Assembly (NCBI GenBank): GCA_050953885.1
Contig: JBMNNJ010000001.1
Coordinates: forward strand, 271,437 to 335,436
Length of the DNA stretch: 64,000 bases
From: Patescibacteria group bacterium
GTDB lineage: Bacteria; Patescibacteriota; Microgenomatia; 0-14-0-10-38-17
Reading direction: 5' to 3'
Translations under genes and position numbers: made by a program
Notes under the pieces: generated by a model
What the model saw: only the letters and a program-made list of their open reading frames with translations
Told to the model about the DNA's origin: nothing
Databases searched by the model: none
In this document: piece after piece, positions 54,147-63,304 of the stretch
Position numbering within the stretch: the first letter of the stretch is position 1
How the letters are laid out: each line of letters opens with the position of its first letter

Positions 54147-55427
54147 ATGGCCAAAAACGTTTCTCTTAACCCCCTGCGGGGGATGCGCGATTTTTATCCC
54201 CAAGATTTTGCCTTTCATTCCTGGCTTTATCAAAAGGCGCAAGAAACTCTGGCAACTTGGGGTTTTGAAGAATACGACGGCCCAATTTTGGAACCCTTAA
54301 GCCTCTACCGTGCCAAATCAGCGGAAGAAATTGTTAAAAAACAAGCTTATACCCTCAAACCCCCCGGCGGGAAGAAAACCTTGGTTTTGCGCCCGGAACT
54401 AACCCCTACCTTAGCCCGCATGGTGGCGGCGCGGGAAAACGAGTTGGTTTTCCCTCTTTTCTGGTGGTCCTTTGGCCCCTTTTTTCGCCATGAGGCTCCC
54501 CAAGCCGGCCGAGGCCGAGAATTTTACCAAATTAACGCTGATATTTTAGGCGAAAATTCTCCCAACGCCGACGCGCAAACAATTGCCGTTGCCTGCGAAC
54601 TTTTAAAAAATTTAGGTTTAACAAGCGATGAGGTGGTGGTTTTAGTAAACGACCGCCAATACTTGGAAGCCAAAATGGACTTAATCGGCATTAAGAAAAA
54701 CCTTTGGCAAGAAATTTTTCGCCTTATTGACAAAAAAGAAAAAATTGGCCAAGAAAATTATGAAAAAGGCTTAAAAGAACTTGGCCTTGGCTCTCTGGCG
54801 ATAAAAGATCTCGACCTTGCCTTAAAAGACCGCGATTTTGGCAAAGAAAGCGCCTCCCTAACGGAAATTTTTTCTACCCTTGGCGACTTAGGCTTTGCCT
54901 CTTGGGTTCAATTTGAACCCTCCATTGTCCGCGGTTTTGATTACTACACCAACACCGTTTTTGAAGCCTACCTTAAAAAAGGTTCCAAAAGAGCGCTTTT
55001 AGGCGGCGGCCGCTATCAAAACTTAGTCCGTCAAGTGGGGGGTAAAAAAGAAATTGGCGGGGTGGGCTTTGCCGCCGGCGATATGATCTTAGAATTAGCC
55101 CTTAAGGAAACTGGTCACTTCCCTCGTTTTGAAAACCTAGGCGCCACGGTTTTGGTCACCGTTTTCAACGAGGCTTGTTTTCGCGAGTCAATCGAATTAA
55201 CCCGCCTTTTACGAGAAAGGCAAATTAAAACCGAGCTTTATCTTAATCCTCATTCCTCTTTAAGCGACCAGCTTGCCTACGCCAGCAAAAAAGGCTTCCC
55301 TTTTGCCGCCATTTTGGGCGAAAAGGAAATTGCGCGCCAGAAAATCGCTCTTAAAGATCTTAAAACCGGCCAGCAGGAAGAATTAAACCTTGACGAGGCG
55401 GTTGAAAAAGTTTCAAGTAAAAAATAG
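54147..55427 (+). CDS. hisS: Histidine--tRNA ligase
   Basis: Class II aaRS motifs and the HisRS-specific RGMRDFYP start. A C-terminal anticodon-binding domain is present. Confidence 0.85.
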   Translation: MAKNVSLNPLRGMRDFYPQDFAFHSWLYQKAQETLATWGFEEYDGPILEPLSLYRAKSAEEIVKKQAYTLKPPGGKKTLVLRPELTPTLARMVAARENELVFPLFWWSFGPFFRHEAPQAGRGREFYQINADILGENSPNADAQTIAVACELLKNLGLTSDEVVVLVNDRQYLEAKMDLIGIKKNLWQEIFRLIDKKEKIGQENYEKGLKELGLGSLAIKDLDLALKDRDFGKESASLTEIFSTLGDLGFASWVQFEPSIVRGFDYYTNTVFEAYLKKGSKRALLGGGRYQNLVRQVGGKKEIGGVGFAAGDMILELALKETGHFPRFENLGATVLVTVFNEACFRESIELTRLLRERQIKTELYLNPHSSLSDQLAYASKKGFPFAAILGEKEIARQKIALKDLKTGQQEELNLDEAVEKVSSKK

Positions 55428-55560
55428 GAGTAGCGCGCACCAGTTATTCGCTCATTCGCACCCATTCGTCTCTCATTCGTGTTATTCGTGTCTATTCCTA
55501 ATTTCTTAATTCAGCAAGCGATAGCAAGCGAATTTCTTAATTTCTCTCCAGTCTTTCCCA

Positions 55561-56658
55561 ATGCGCCAAGCTAACGCACATCAAGCGTGTCAAACCGTAA
55601 CCAAATTTGATCGGATCGAAGAATTTTTAAGATTAAGAGGTGAGCCAAAATATAGATTTACCCAAATAACCGAAGGAATTTTTAAACAAAGATTAGACGA
55701 TTTTGAGAAGATTACGATGCTCCCCGAAATGTTAAGAAGAGAGCTGAAAGAAAGGTTTGGCTCGGTTTTAACTATTACCCCAATTAAAGAAGAAGAATCC
55801 CCTCATACAGCAAAGCTTCTTTTCAAGTTAAAAGATGGGGAACGAGTTGAAGCGGTGAAGATGGAATTTTGGAGGGAAAAGGAGTGGGAATCTTTGTGTA
55901 TTTCCTCACAGGTTGGCTGCAATTTAGGTTGCACTTTTTGCGCGACAGGAAAGATAGGATTAAAAAGAAATTTAACCCCAGATGAAATTATTGATCAGCC
56001 TCTTTATTTCCATCTGAAAGGCGATCGTGTCCATAGTATTTCGTTTATGGGAATGGGAGAACCGCTGGCCAATCCGGCAATGTTTGTCGCCATAAAGACC
56101 CTTACCAATAAAAAACTATTCGGATTTAGCCAAAGAAAACTAAATGTTTCCACCGTGGGGCTTCTCCCTGGAATAAAAAGATTAACCGAAGAGTTCCCCC
56201 AGATTAACATTGCTTTTTCTCTTCACACTCCTTTTGAAAATCAAAGAAGAAAGCTTATGCCTATTGCTGAACGCTACCCAACCGAGGAAGTGATGGCAGT
56301 CTTAGACAAACACGCCAAAAGGAATAAAAGAAAAGTTTTTCTATCCTATATGATGCTGAAGGGAATAAATGACAGTCCAGCGCACCTGGAAGCATTGAAA
56401 AATTTAGTTAAAAATAGAAGTGAAATTTCCTATCTTTACCATGTGAATTTAATAACTTATAACCCCGCGCCAGGAGTGGAAGGAGGGTTTCAATGCTCTG
56501 ATAAAGAAAGGATAGAATGGTTTAAAAAGGCACTAGAAAAAGCAGGGATAAATGTTACCATTAGACAGTCTTTTGGGGCAGAAATCCATGCTGCCTGTGG
56601 ACAGTTATACGCGAAATATAAAACCTTAGCTTTAAACGATAGGGATCGGATTCCCTGA
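55561..56658 (+). CDS. rlmN: 23S rRNA/tRNA adenine-C2 methyltransferase (radical SAM, RlmN/Cfr family)
   Basis: CISSQVGCNLGCTFCATG radical-SAM cluster, and the downstream GMGEPL motif. Confidence 0.85.
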   Translation: MRQANAHQACQTVTKFDRIEEFLRLRGEPKYRFTQITEGIFKQRLDDFEKITMLPEMLRRELKERFGSVLTITPIKEEESPHTAKLLFKLKDGERVEAVKMEFWREKEWESLCISSQVGCNLGCTFCATGKIGLKRNLTPDEIIDQPLYFHLKGDRVHSISFMGMGEPLANPAMFVAIKTLTNKKLFGFSQRKLNVSTVGLLPGIKRLTEEFPQINIAFSLHTPFENQRRKLMPIAERYPTEEVMAVLDKHAKRNKRKVFLSYMMLKGINDSPAHLEALKNLVKNRSEISYLYHVNLITYNPAPGVEGGFQCSDKERIEWFKKALEKAGINVTIRQSFGAEIHAACGQLYAKYKTLALNDRDRIP

Positions 56659-56812
56659 CCCATTTGATTTCGGGCGGGAAGACCTAAAACAACCCCCGGG
56701 GCAAGATTGATTAGCTTTTACCAAAAAAAAGGGAGAATATCACAAGTGCCCTTGACTTACACAAGAAAAGAATGTTTTTAATTAAAATGGTAAAATGATT
56801 CACGCTTTTAAA

Positions 56813-57433
56813 CCTATGAATTATTGCTATCTTGTAAGACACGGAGAAAAGAATAGCACTAAAGGCGATCCTTCTTTATCTGTTTTAGGCAAAAACCAAG
56901 CCCAATTAACCGCAAATTATTTAAAAAAATTTCCTATTACGAGGATTTATACTAGTCCTCTTAAAAGATGTTGGGAAACGGCGGAAATAATTGCCAAAAC
57001 TCTTAAATTATCATTTGATATTGAAGAAGATCTTCGGGAGAGAATTAACTGGGGTGATGATCCAAATTTATCTTTTGAGGAATTTTTGAAATTATGGGAA
57101 AAAACAAGTATCAATCGGGATTGGAAACCACAATTTGGAGATTCCTCAAAAAATGCAGGTAAAAGATTAGAACAAGTGATCAAAGAGTTTTCTAAAAATA
57201 ACGCGCATACTGTTTTCGTGACTAGTGGGGGGATTATTACCGATTTTTTAAGAAATGTCTTTTCGGAGAATTATTTAAGAAAATTTAAATCCGATTTCCC
57301 GGAGAAACGCGAAAAGTATATTAAGGAGTGTTCGATTACCGTAGTTAGAGAAACAAACAGCAATTTTGAGTTAATCAAACTCGCTTCAGACGATCACCTT
57401 TCTTTTCCAACAGAATCGCTTTTAAATAACTAA
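56813..57433 (+). CDS. Histidine phosphatase family protein (phosphoglycerate-mutase-like)
   Basis: The LVRHGE catalytic RHG motif sits at the N-terminus. The start is at ATG 56813. Confidence 0.75.
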   Translation, partial: PMNYCYLVRHGEKNSTKGDPSLSVLGKNQAQLTANYLKKFPITRIYTSPLKRCWETAEIIAKTLKLSFDIEEDLRERINWGDDPNLSFEEFLKLWEKTSINRDWKPQFGDSSKNAGKRLEQVIKEFSKNNAHTVFVTSGGIITDFLRNVFSENYLRKFKSDFPEKREKYIKECSITVVRETNSNFELIKLASDDHLSFPTESLLNN

Positions 57434-57905
57434 TTACACCTTAGCTAATTACACCTTAGAGGTGGTTACTATTTGCACCTCTGGTAAAAATAATTACACC
57501 TTAGAGGTGGGTTGTCCCGCCATAGCGGGATCCGCCTTTGGCGGTCCGCTCGGGACGGATCCCGCCACGGCGGGACTATTTGCACCTCTGGTAAAAATGT
57601 AATTACACCTTAGAGGTGGGTTTCTATTTGCACCTCTGGTAAAAATGAACTTCTTAAGGTCAAAAATTTTGCTTCTTCTATTGATGAGTATCTGGGAAAA
57701 AAGAAGGAATGCCGCAAAAGCACTTAGCTTATACAGGGGATAATCCTTATCGTTTTAAGATTATTTCTTCGTACTTAATTAAGAACAGACAAAAAAATTA
57801 ACGTCATCTATCCAAAAATTGAGGAAAAATTATTAATTGCCAAAGGATAATCAATAAAAAGAGTAGGGGAGGCGCTAAACTAACAGGCGCCAGCTTATCA
57901 AGCCC

Positions 57906-58643
57906 TTAAGTTAAAATTCCCAATTTCGTGAGTTTCTCTTCAATCATTCTTCTCGCGCGCCTAAAAAAATCAGCCGTCATTTTTTCCTCTATGTGATAGC
58001 GGCGATAAACCCAATCGGCATAATGATAGTTCATTCGGTCGATAATTACCCGGTCAACCTTGCCGGAGAACATTTCCGGCAAATACTCCGCCCCCGGTAA
58101 AAGAGGAGCAATCATCGCGTAAGTTCTTACCCCCGCCTGATGTAATTTTTCCAGCGCCTTAATTCTTTCTTCTATTGAGGGAGCAACTGGTTCAAACAAT
58201 CTTCTTATCTTCTCATCGGCGGTGGCGAGACTAAAACCAACCTTAAAACCCTTCCTTTTTTGAAAAATATCCAAATCCCTTAAAACCAAAGGCGATTTTG
58301 TCTGCACCACCACCGGCCAGTTATTCTCGGCTAAAATCTCCAAACAACGCCGCGTGAGCGCAAATTTTTCCTCCACCGGCTGGTAGGGATCGCAAACCCC
58401 GCTTAGCCAAACTTTTCCGGGCTTTTTCCTGCTAATTTCTTGCCTTAATAAATCGGGGGCGTTAACTTTAATATCCACAAACTGACCCCAAGCTTCCCGG
58501 TGGCCGGTAAATCTTTTCATATAACGGGCATAACAATAAGAACAGCCGAATTGACAGCCGACATAGGGATTAACAACATAAGGATAAACTTTGGAGGGGG
58601 AAAGAATTGTTTTGGGGTAAATTTCTTTAAAAATCATTATCAT
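57906..58643 (-). CDS. Radical SAM protein, spore-photoproduct-lyase-like (SplB/DNA photolyase family)
   Basis: CQFGCSYC (Cx3Cx2C) near the N-terminus. The family-typical length is about 245 aa. Confidence 0.7.
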   Translation of the reverse strand: MIMIFKEIYPKTILSPSKVYPYVVNPYVGCQFGCSYCYARYMKRFTGHREAWGQFVDIKVNAPDLLRQEISRKKPGKVWLSGVCDPYQPVEEKFALTRRCLEILAENNWPVVVQTKSPLVLRDLDIFQKRKGFKVGFSLATADEKIRRLFEPVAPSIEERIKALEKLHQAGVRTYAMIAPLLPGAEYLPEMFSGKVDRVIIDRMNYHYADWVYRRYHIEEKMTADFFRRARRMIEEKLTKLGILT

Positions 58644-58738
58644 CTAAAGACTAATCATTTTGCCTCAAACAGCATTAATATTATACCGCAAGAACAGTCA
58701 CTTCATTTTTCTCTTTTTTATGGTAAAATAAACATACT

Positions 58739-59041
58739 ATGAAAGCAAAAATTCATCCCCAGTACTATCCTCAGGCGAAAGTAACTTGCGCTTGCGGCAA
58801 CACCTTTACCACCGGTTCAACCCAACCGGAAATTAGGGTGGAAATTTGCGCTCAATGCCATCCCTTCTTTACCGGCGAGACCAAATATGTTGACAGCGGC
58901 GGCCGGGTAAAAAGATTTGAGGAATGGCGGCAAAAAGCCCAAGAAAATCCGCGCCAAAAGAAGGGGAAGAAAAAAATCACTTCACAAACGTCGCCTGCTT
59001 CGCTCAAAGAAATGCTGGAAAAAGCGGCAAAAAATGGCTAA
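58739..59041 (+). CDS. rpmE: 50S ribosomal protein L31 with Lys-rich C-terminal extension
   Basis: [10 protein letters not shown]...CxC...CxxCHPFFTG is the bL31 zinc ribbon. About 25 extra basic residues follow. Confidence 0.85.
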   Translation: MKAKIHPQYYPQAKVTCACGNTFTTGSTQPEIRVEICAQCHPFFTGETKYVDSGGRVKRFEEWRQKAQENPRQKKGKKKITSQTSPASLKEMLEKAAKNG

Positions 59042-59705
59042 CGCGATTTTAGAGGTCAGACCAGGCCCCGGGGGAGAGGAGGCCAGGCTTTGGCAACAAG
59101 ATCTCCTGCGTATGTACGCCCGCTTTAGCGCCAAAAAAGGTTGGCAAGTAGAGGCTTTGGATGAAAACACTCTTCGCGTTCGGGGAGAAGGCGCTTTTGA
59201 AATCTTAAAAAACGAAGCCGGCGTTCACCGCGTTCAGCGAATCCCCAAAACCGAAAAAAGAGGCCGGCTGCATACTTCCACCGCTACCGTTGCCGTCTTG
59301 CCAGAAATCCCGGAAACAGAACTTCGCCTCTCTCCTGATGAAATTGAATTTGAAGCGTTTCGCGCTGGCGGCCATGGAGGGCAAAATGTTAACAAGGTCG
59401 CTACTGCGGTCCGTCTTCGTCACAAACCCACCGGCATCGTTGTTTCCTGCCAATCCCAACGATCGCAGGAACAAAATCGCCAACTGGCTCTAAATTTGCT
59501 CCGCGCCAAGCTTTGGCAACAAGAGGAGGAAAAAAAAGAAGTAAAAATTAACGCCCTGCGACGGCAGGCCATTGGCAGCGCCAAAAGAGCCGAGAAAATC
59601 AGAACTTATAACTTCCCCCAAAATCGGGTTACCGATCATCGCCGCGGCAAATCATGGAAGGTTTTAGACGAAGTGATTGACGGAAACTTGGAAAAAATTA
59701 TCTGA
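59034..59705 (+). CDS. prfA: Class I peptide chain release factor, RF1-type (PxT = PKT; GGQ) lacking N-terminal domain 1
   Basis: It starts at [13 protein letters not shown], the beginning of RF domain 2. The tripeptide motif is [13 protein letters not shown] is present. The protein is 224 aa. The ATG overlaps the rpmE stop by 8 nt. Confidence 0.8.
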   Translation: MANAILEVRPGPGGEEARLWQQDLLRMYARFSAKKGWQVEALDENTLRVRGEGAFEILKNEAGVHRVQRIPKTEKRGRLHTSTATVAVLPEIPETELRLSPDEIEFEAFRAGGHGGQNVNKVATAVRLRHKPTGIVVSCQSQRSQEQNRQLALNLLRAKLWQQEEEKKEVKINALRRQAIGSAKRAEKIRTYNFPQNRVTDHRRGKSWKVLDEVIDGNLEKII

Positions 59706-59714
59706 CCCCAATGG

Positions 59715-60872
59715 TTACTCTGTTCTTTCTCGCAGGGTTACTTCTATTTCCTGGTTTTCTCCTTCCCGCCACAATAAAATTTTTACTTTCTCGCCCACCT
59801 TTTTCTTATTAATAATTTCTGCTAAACCTCCTTTGGCATCTTTTATTTTTTGGCCATCAATGGAAATCAGAATATCGCCTCTTTTAATTCCCGCCTTGTC
59901 AGCCGGCGAACCCGCCGCCACCTCCACCACATACGCCCCTTCGGGAATTTCGTTCAAAATTGCCGCTTCCCGAGAAATCATCGTATAATTAACCCCTAAA
60001 AATGGTCGGGAAAATTCACCTGTCTGGCGAAAATCGGCTAAGGCAGTCTTAACTGTATTAATGGGAAGAGCAAAGCCGATATTCTCCGCCCCCGAGGCCA
60101 CCGCCACATTTACTCCCACCACCTGTCCCGCCGAGTTGATTAACGGCCCGCCGGAGTTGCCGGGATTAATCGCCGCGTCAGTTTGAATAACATTATCCAG
60201 TTCTTCCACATAGCCTTCAAAAACAGAACCGGCGGTGATGCCCCGCCCCAGCCCGGAAATAACCCCGGTGGTCACCGTATGGCGAAACTCGCCTAAGGCC
60301 GTCCCAATCGCCACCACAAACTGCCCCACCTTAAGATTATCGGAATCGCCCAGCTCTACCGGCGTTAATCCTTGGGCATCAATTTTTAAAAACGCCAAGT
60401 CGTTAGCCGGATCGCGGTAAATATTTTGCACCGGGTAACTTTGATTGTCGGCGGTAATCACCTGATACTGGGCTTGGCTATCGGCCACCACATGCTTGTT
60501 GGTAACAATCAAACCTTGCGCGTCAACCACAAAACCGGTTCCCACATCCTGCTGGATTTCCTGCTCGCCGCCGGGGAAAACAAAGCCAAAAAAAGAAAAA
60601 AGATCCGAAGGCAGACCAAGGGATTGCTTTTTCTTCATCCCCACCGTGACCACCGAGGGGGAAGCTTTTTCGGCCACCTCAATCACCACCGATTCTTCCC
60701 GCACCACTTTTTGCTCCACTACCGTCGTCCCCGGCGAGGAAATGCCAGAGGGGGAAGAAAAACGATCCAAAAAACCAAAATGAAATTGGCGATCCAAAAA
60801 AGCGCCTCCTAAAACCAAACCGACCGCCAAAAGAACAATGGCAAAGTTAATCAGAAGGTTTTTGGGCTTCAT
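59715..60872 (-). CDS. htrA: HtrA/DegP family serine protease with PDZ domain
   Basis: Catalytic triad context (TNKHVV; GNSGGPL). C-terminal PDZ. N-terminal anchor. Confidence 0.9.
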   Translation of the reverse strand: MKPKNLLINFAIVLLAVGLVLGGAFLDRQFHFGFLDRFSSPSGISSPGTTVVEQKVVREESVVIEVAEKASPSVVTVGMKKKQSLGLPSDLFSFFGFVFPGGEQEIQQDVGTGFVVDAQGLIVTNKHVVADSQAQYQVITADNQSYPVQNIYRDPANDLAFLKIDAQGLTPVELGDSDNLKVGQFVVAIGTALGEFRHTVTTGVISGLGRGITAGSVFEGYVEELDNVIQTDAAINPGNSGGPLINSAGQVVGVNVAVASGAENIGFALPINTVKTALADFRQTGEFSRPFLGVNYTMISREAAILNEIPEGAYVVEVAAGSPADKAGIKRGDILISIDGQKIKDAKGGLAEIINKKKVGEKVKILLWREGENQEIEVTLRERTE

Positions 60873-61024
60873 TGACCTTATTAAACTAATGAGAAACGAA
60901 TAACCGAATTGCGAATAACATATTCGCTGTAAACTGTTGCGGGCGTATGCAATACGCCACCTACGGATTGCGATTCGCTAACATTCGCGTCTATTCGCTT
61001 TCTATTCGTGTCAATTCGCCTCTT

Positions 61025-61858
61025 TTAACAATTTAACAATCTACCAGTTAACCCTCTTCCTCTTCCGAAAGCACCTTCCGTGGGTTTGGAAAGAACCTCT
61101 TCACCATTTGTCCAAAGATAAATCAACACCGCCTCCATCCGCTGGCTCTCTTCTTTTTCTCCCACTAAAACCACCCTTACGCCTTTTTTCAAGTCGCTAA
61201 AGTTTCCTCTCACCGGCCCTTTTCCGGCCTCTTTTTTAATAACCCTTGCCTTTTCGGCATTTATCTCCCAAGTTTGGCCATCATTCCCTTCTAGGCTAAA
61301 AACCGCCTCTTCCTGGGAAACATCGCTTACCCGGCCAAAAAAAGACTGCCGGGCAATCTCTTGCGGCCTACTTTTAAGAATTCTCTTGGCCGCTAACTCT
61401 GGCGAAGAAAGCCGCTCTTGATATCCCATCGCCACCAAAAAATCGCCTTCCCTTAAGCTTTCCGGCGTTATTTTCTGGCGATTTTCATTTAAAAAAACCG
61501 TTTCCTCATCAAAAAAAATTCTCTTGCTTTCTTTATCCTTCAAAAGAACGATTACCCCCTCCTGGTTGTCAACCGAAACCACTTCGCCGCTCCAGCCTTT
61601 CTTAACCGGTGTTAAGGCTTCTTTCCCTTCTGCCTCCTCAATAAGCGCCTCTACCTCTTCCTGGATTTGTTCAACTTTTTGGTTATCCTCTTGGCTAAGA
61701 GGAACATCAACCGTTTCTCTTGCTTCCGCTAATGCCGCCGCCTCTTCTTGGACAATCTTCTCCAAATCGGCCGCAAAAACTCTCCTGCTCACCGCCATTA
61801 GCAAAAAAACCAACAAAAAGCCCTTGGTAAATAAAATTATTTTTTTTCTTTTTCCCAT
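61025..61858 (-). CDS. Hypothetical secreted protein
   Basis: Signal peptide (VFA|AD). An acidic coiled region followed by a beta-rich C-terminal domain. I recognise no family. Confidence 0.4.
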   Translation of the reverse strand: MGKRKKIILFTKGFLLVFLLMAVSRRVFAADLEKIVQEEAAALAEARETVDVPLSQEDNQKVEQIQEEVEALIEEAEGKEALTPVKKGWSGEVVSVDNQEGVIVLLKDKESKRIFFDEETVFLNENRQKITPESLREGDFLVAMGYQERLSSPELAAKRILKSRPQEIARQSFFGRVSDVSQEEAVFSLEGNDGQTWEINAEKARVIKKEAGKGPVRGNFSDLKKGVRVVLVGEKEESQRMEAVLIYLWTNGEEVLSKPTEGAFGRGRGLTGRLLNC

Positions 61859-61871
61859 AAAAAACCGCTTC

Positions 61872-62300
61872 TTAAATCTTAGCGGTAGAATAAACTAAAG
61901 TCAAGTTTTTTTCCGCCTGATTGCCTTCCTCATCATAAGCAGTGACTTTAATTTCATTTGCCCCACCTACAAGGGTGATTTCGGTTTCAAAATTACCCTC
62001 TTCATCTGCCTCCACAATATTCTCTCCTTCAGGATAAATCACCACCACCACGCTTTCTGGCGCCGTTTTCCCCTCCAAGGTAATCTTCTCCTCCTCAATA
62101 ATGCTTTCATCTTCAGGGCTAATAATTTCAAGAGAAAGGGAAGGAACAGGAGCAAGAGTAGGGGGCTGTTCTAACACTGGCGTTGGCGTAATATTTAAGC
62201 TTTCCTCTGTTGTCGCCTTATTTGTCCACCAAAGCCCCCCAATAACCAACAAGCCTAACACCACCCCGCCAACAATGGCTAAAATAACTTCTTTACGCAT
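61872..62300 (-). CDS. Hypothetical membrane-anchored protein with Ig-like C-terminal domain
   Basis: N-terminal TM. A Thr/Pro linker. The C-terminal KVTAYDEEGN resembles a bacterial Ig-like fold. Confidence 0.4.
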   Translation of the reverse strand: MRKEVILAIVGGVVLGLLVIGGLWWTNKATTEESLNITPTPVLEQPPTLAPVPSLSLEIISPEDESIIEEEKITLEGKTAPESVVVVIYPEGENIVEADEEGNFETEITLVGGANEIKVTAYDEEGNQAEKNLTLVYSTAKI

Positions 62301-62377
62301 ATTTTTAACAACTATATATACTATAGTCTATCCCCCACGGCATTGTCAATGGGAAAAATTTGTGGTAAAGTAGGGGT

Positions 62378-63034
62378 ATGGAAATCTGGTATTTAGGCCA
62401 TTCTTGCTTTCGCTTGCGCACCAAAAACGGGGTAATTATTACCGACCCTTATGACCCTCAAATTGGCCTCAAAATGCCAAAGGCAGAAGCGGAAGTCGTC
62501 ACCGTTAGCCACCACCATTTTGACCATAATCGGCCTGATTTGGTAGAAGGTAACCCCAAGGTATTAAAATGGCCGGGAGAATACGAAATTAAAGAGATTT
62601 TTATTACCGGCCTGCCTTCTTATCATGATAAAAAACAAGGGCAGGAAAGAGGAGAAAACGTTATTTTTCTTTTTGAAGCGGAAAAGATAAAAGTTTGTCA
62701 TTTAGGCGATTTAGGAGAAAAGCCAGCGGCAAAAGTTTTAGAAACCATTCATTCGCCGGACATTCTTTTCCTTCCTGTCGGCGGCAATTTTACTCTTTCT
62801 CCCCAAGAAGCAGCCGCTTTAGCAAAAGAGCTTGAACCAAAGATTATTATTCCGATGCACTACCAAGTTCCTCAATTAGCAAGCGACTTAAAAGAAAAAT
62901 TAGCACCTCTTTCTGAATTTGAAAAAGCCTGGGGGCAAAAAATAGAAACTCTTCCTAAACTAAATATCACCAAAGATGATCTTATCTTAAGTGAAGGAAT
63001 AAGGGCCGTGCCCTTAGAAGCGCGTAACTCGTAA
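62378..63034 (+). CDS. MBL-fold metal-dependent hydrolase (UPF0173-like)
   Basis: The HxHxDH variant SHHHFDHN, and the family size of about 220 aa. Confidence 0.8.
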   Translation: MEIWYLGHSCFRLRTKNGVIITDPYDPQIGLKMPKAEAEVVTVSHHHFDHNRPDLVEGNPKVLKWPGEYEIKEIFITGLPSYHDKKQGQERGENVIFLFEAEKIKVCHLGDLGEKPAAKVLETIHSPDILFLPVGGNFTLSPQEAAALAKELEPKIIIPMHYQVPQLASDLKEKLAPLSEFEKAWGQKIETLPKLNITKDDLILSEGIRAVPLEARNS

Positions 63035-63094
63035 TCCGTAACTCGTAACCGGTAAATAAACAAGCGCAAAAGCGCAATAATACGCGAATTGACA

Positions 63095-63255
63095 CGAAAA
63101 ATAAACTCAAATCTCAAAACGCAAATGTCAAATCTACATGGCAAATGTTAAAACTTTTTAAAGCTTAAAGTTGTTTTTAGTTTTTAGTTTTGAGTTGTAG
63201 TTTTGAGTTTTGCGATTTAACATTTGAGTTTATTTATTGTTTTTAAACTTTGATT
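63095..63255 (+). repeat. MITE-like intergenic repeat, copy 5
   Basis: See copy 1. It ends GAGTTTATTTATTGT, the reverse complement of the copy 1 and copy 4 start. Confidence 0.8.
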
Positions 63256-63304
63256 TAGGTTTTGTCCCGCTATGACGGGACATTTTGCCTTTTGACTTTT
63301 TATC

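Noticed and set aside
57421-57660. Possible CRISPR array (short direct repeats TAATTACACCTTAGAGGTGG / TATTTGCACCTCTGGTAAAAAT)
   Set aside because: Two different repeat types alternate. The spacing is irregular (4, 1, 5 and 66 bp). There are only three copies of each, and there are no unique spacer-like segments of uniform length. No cas genes are nearby. It fits a structured-RNA or binding-site cluster better.
58917-59033. Lys-rich N-terminal extension of the release-factor ORF, and the possibility of a prfB-like programmed +1 frameshift joining it to rpmE
   Set aside because: The extension is an A-rich-frame artefact with no RF domain-1 similarity. The factor has the RF1 PxT motif, not the RF2 SPF motif. 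No CUU-UGA frameshift site is present. ATG 59034 was taken as the start.
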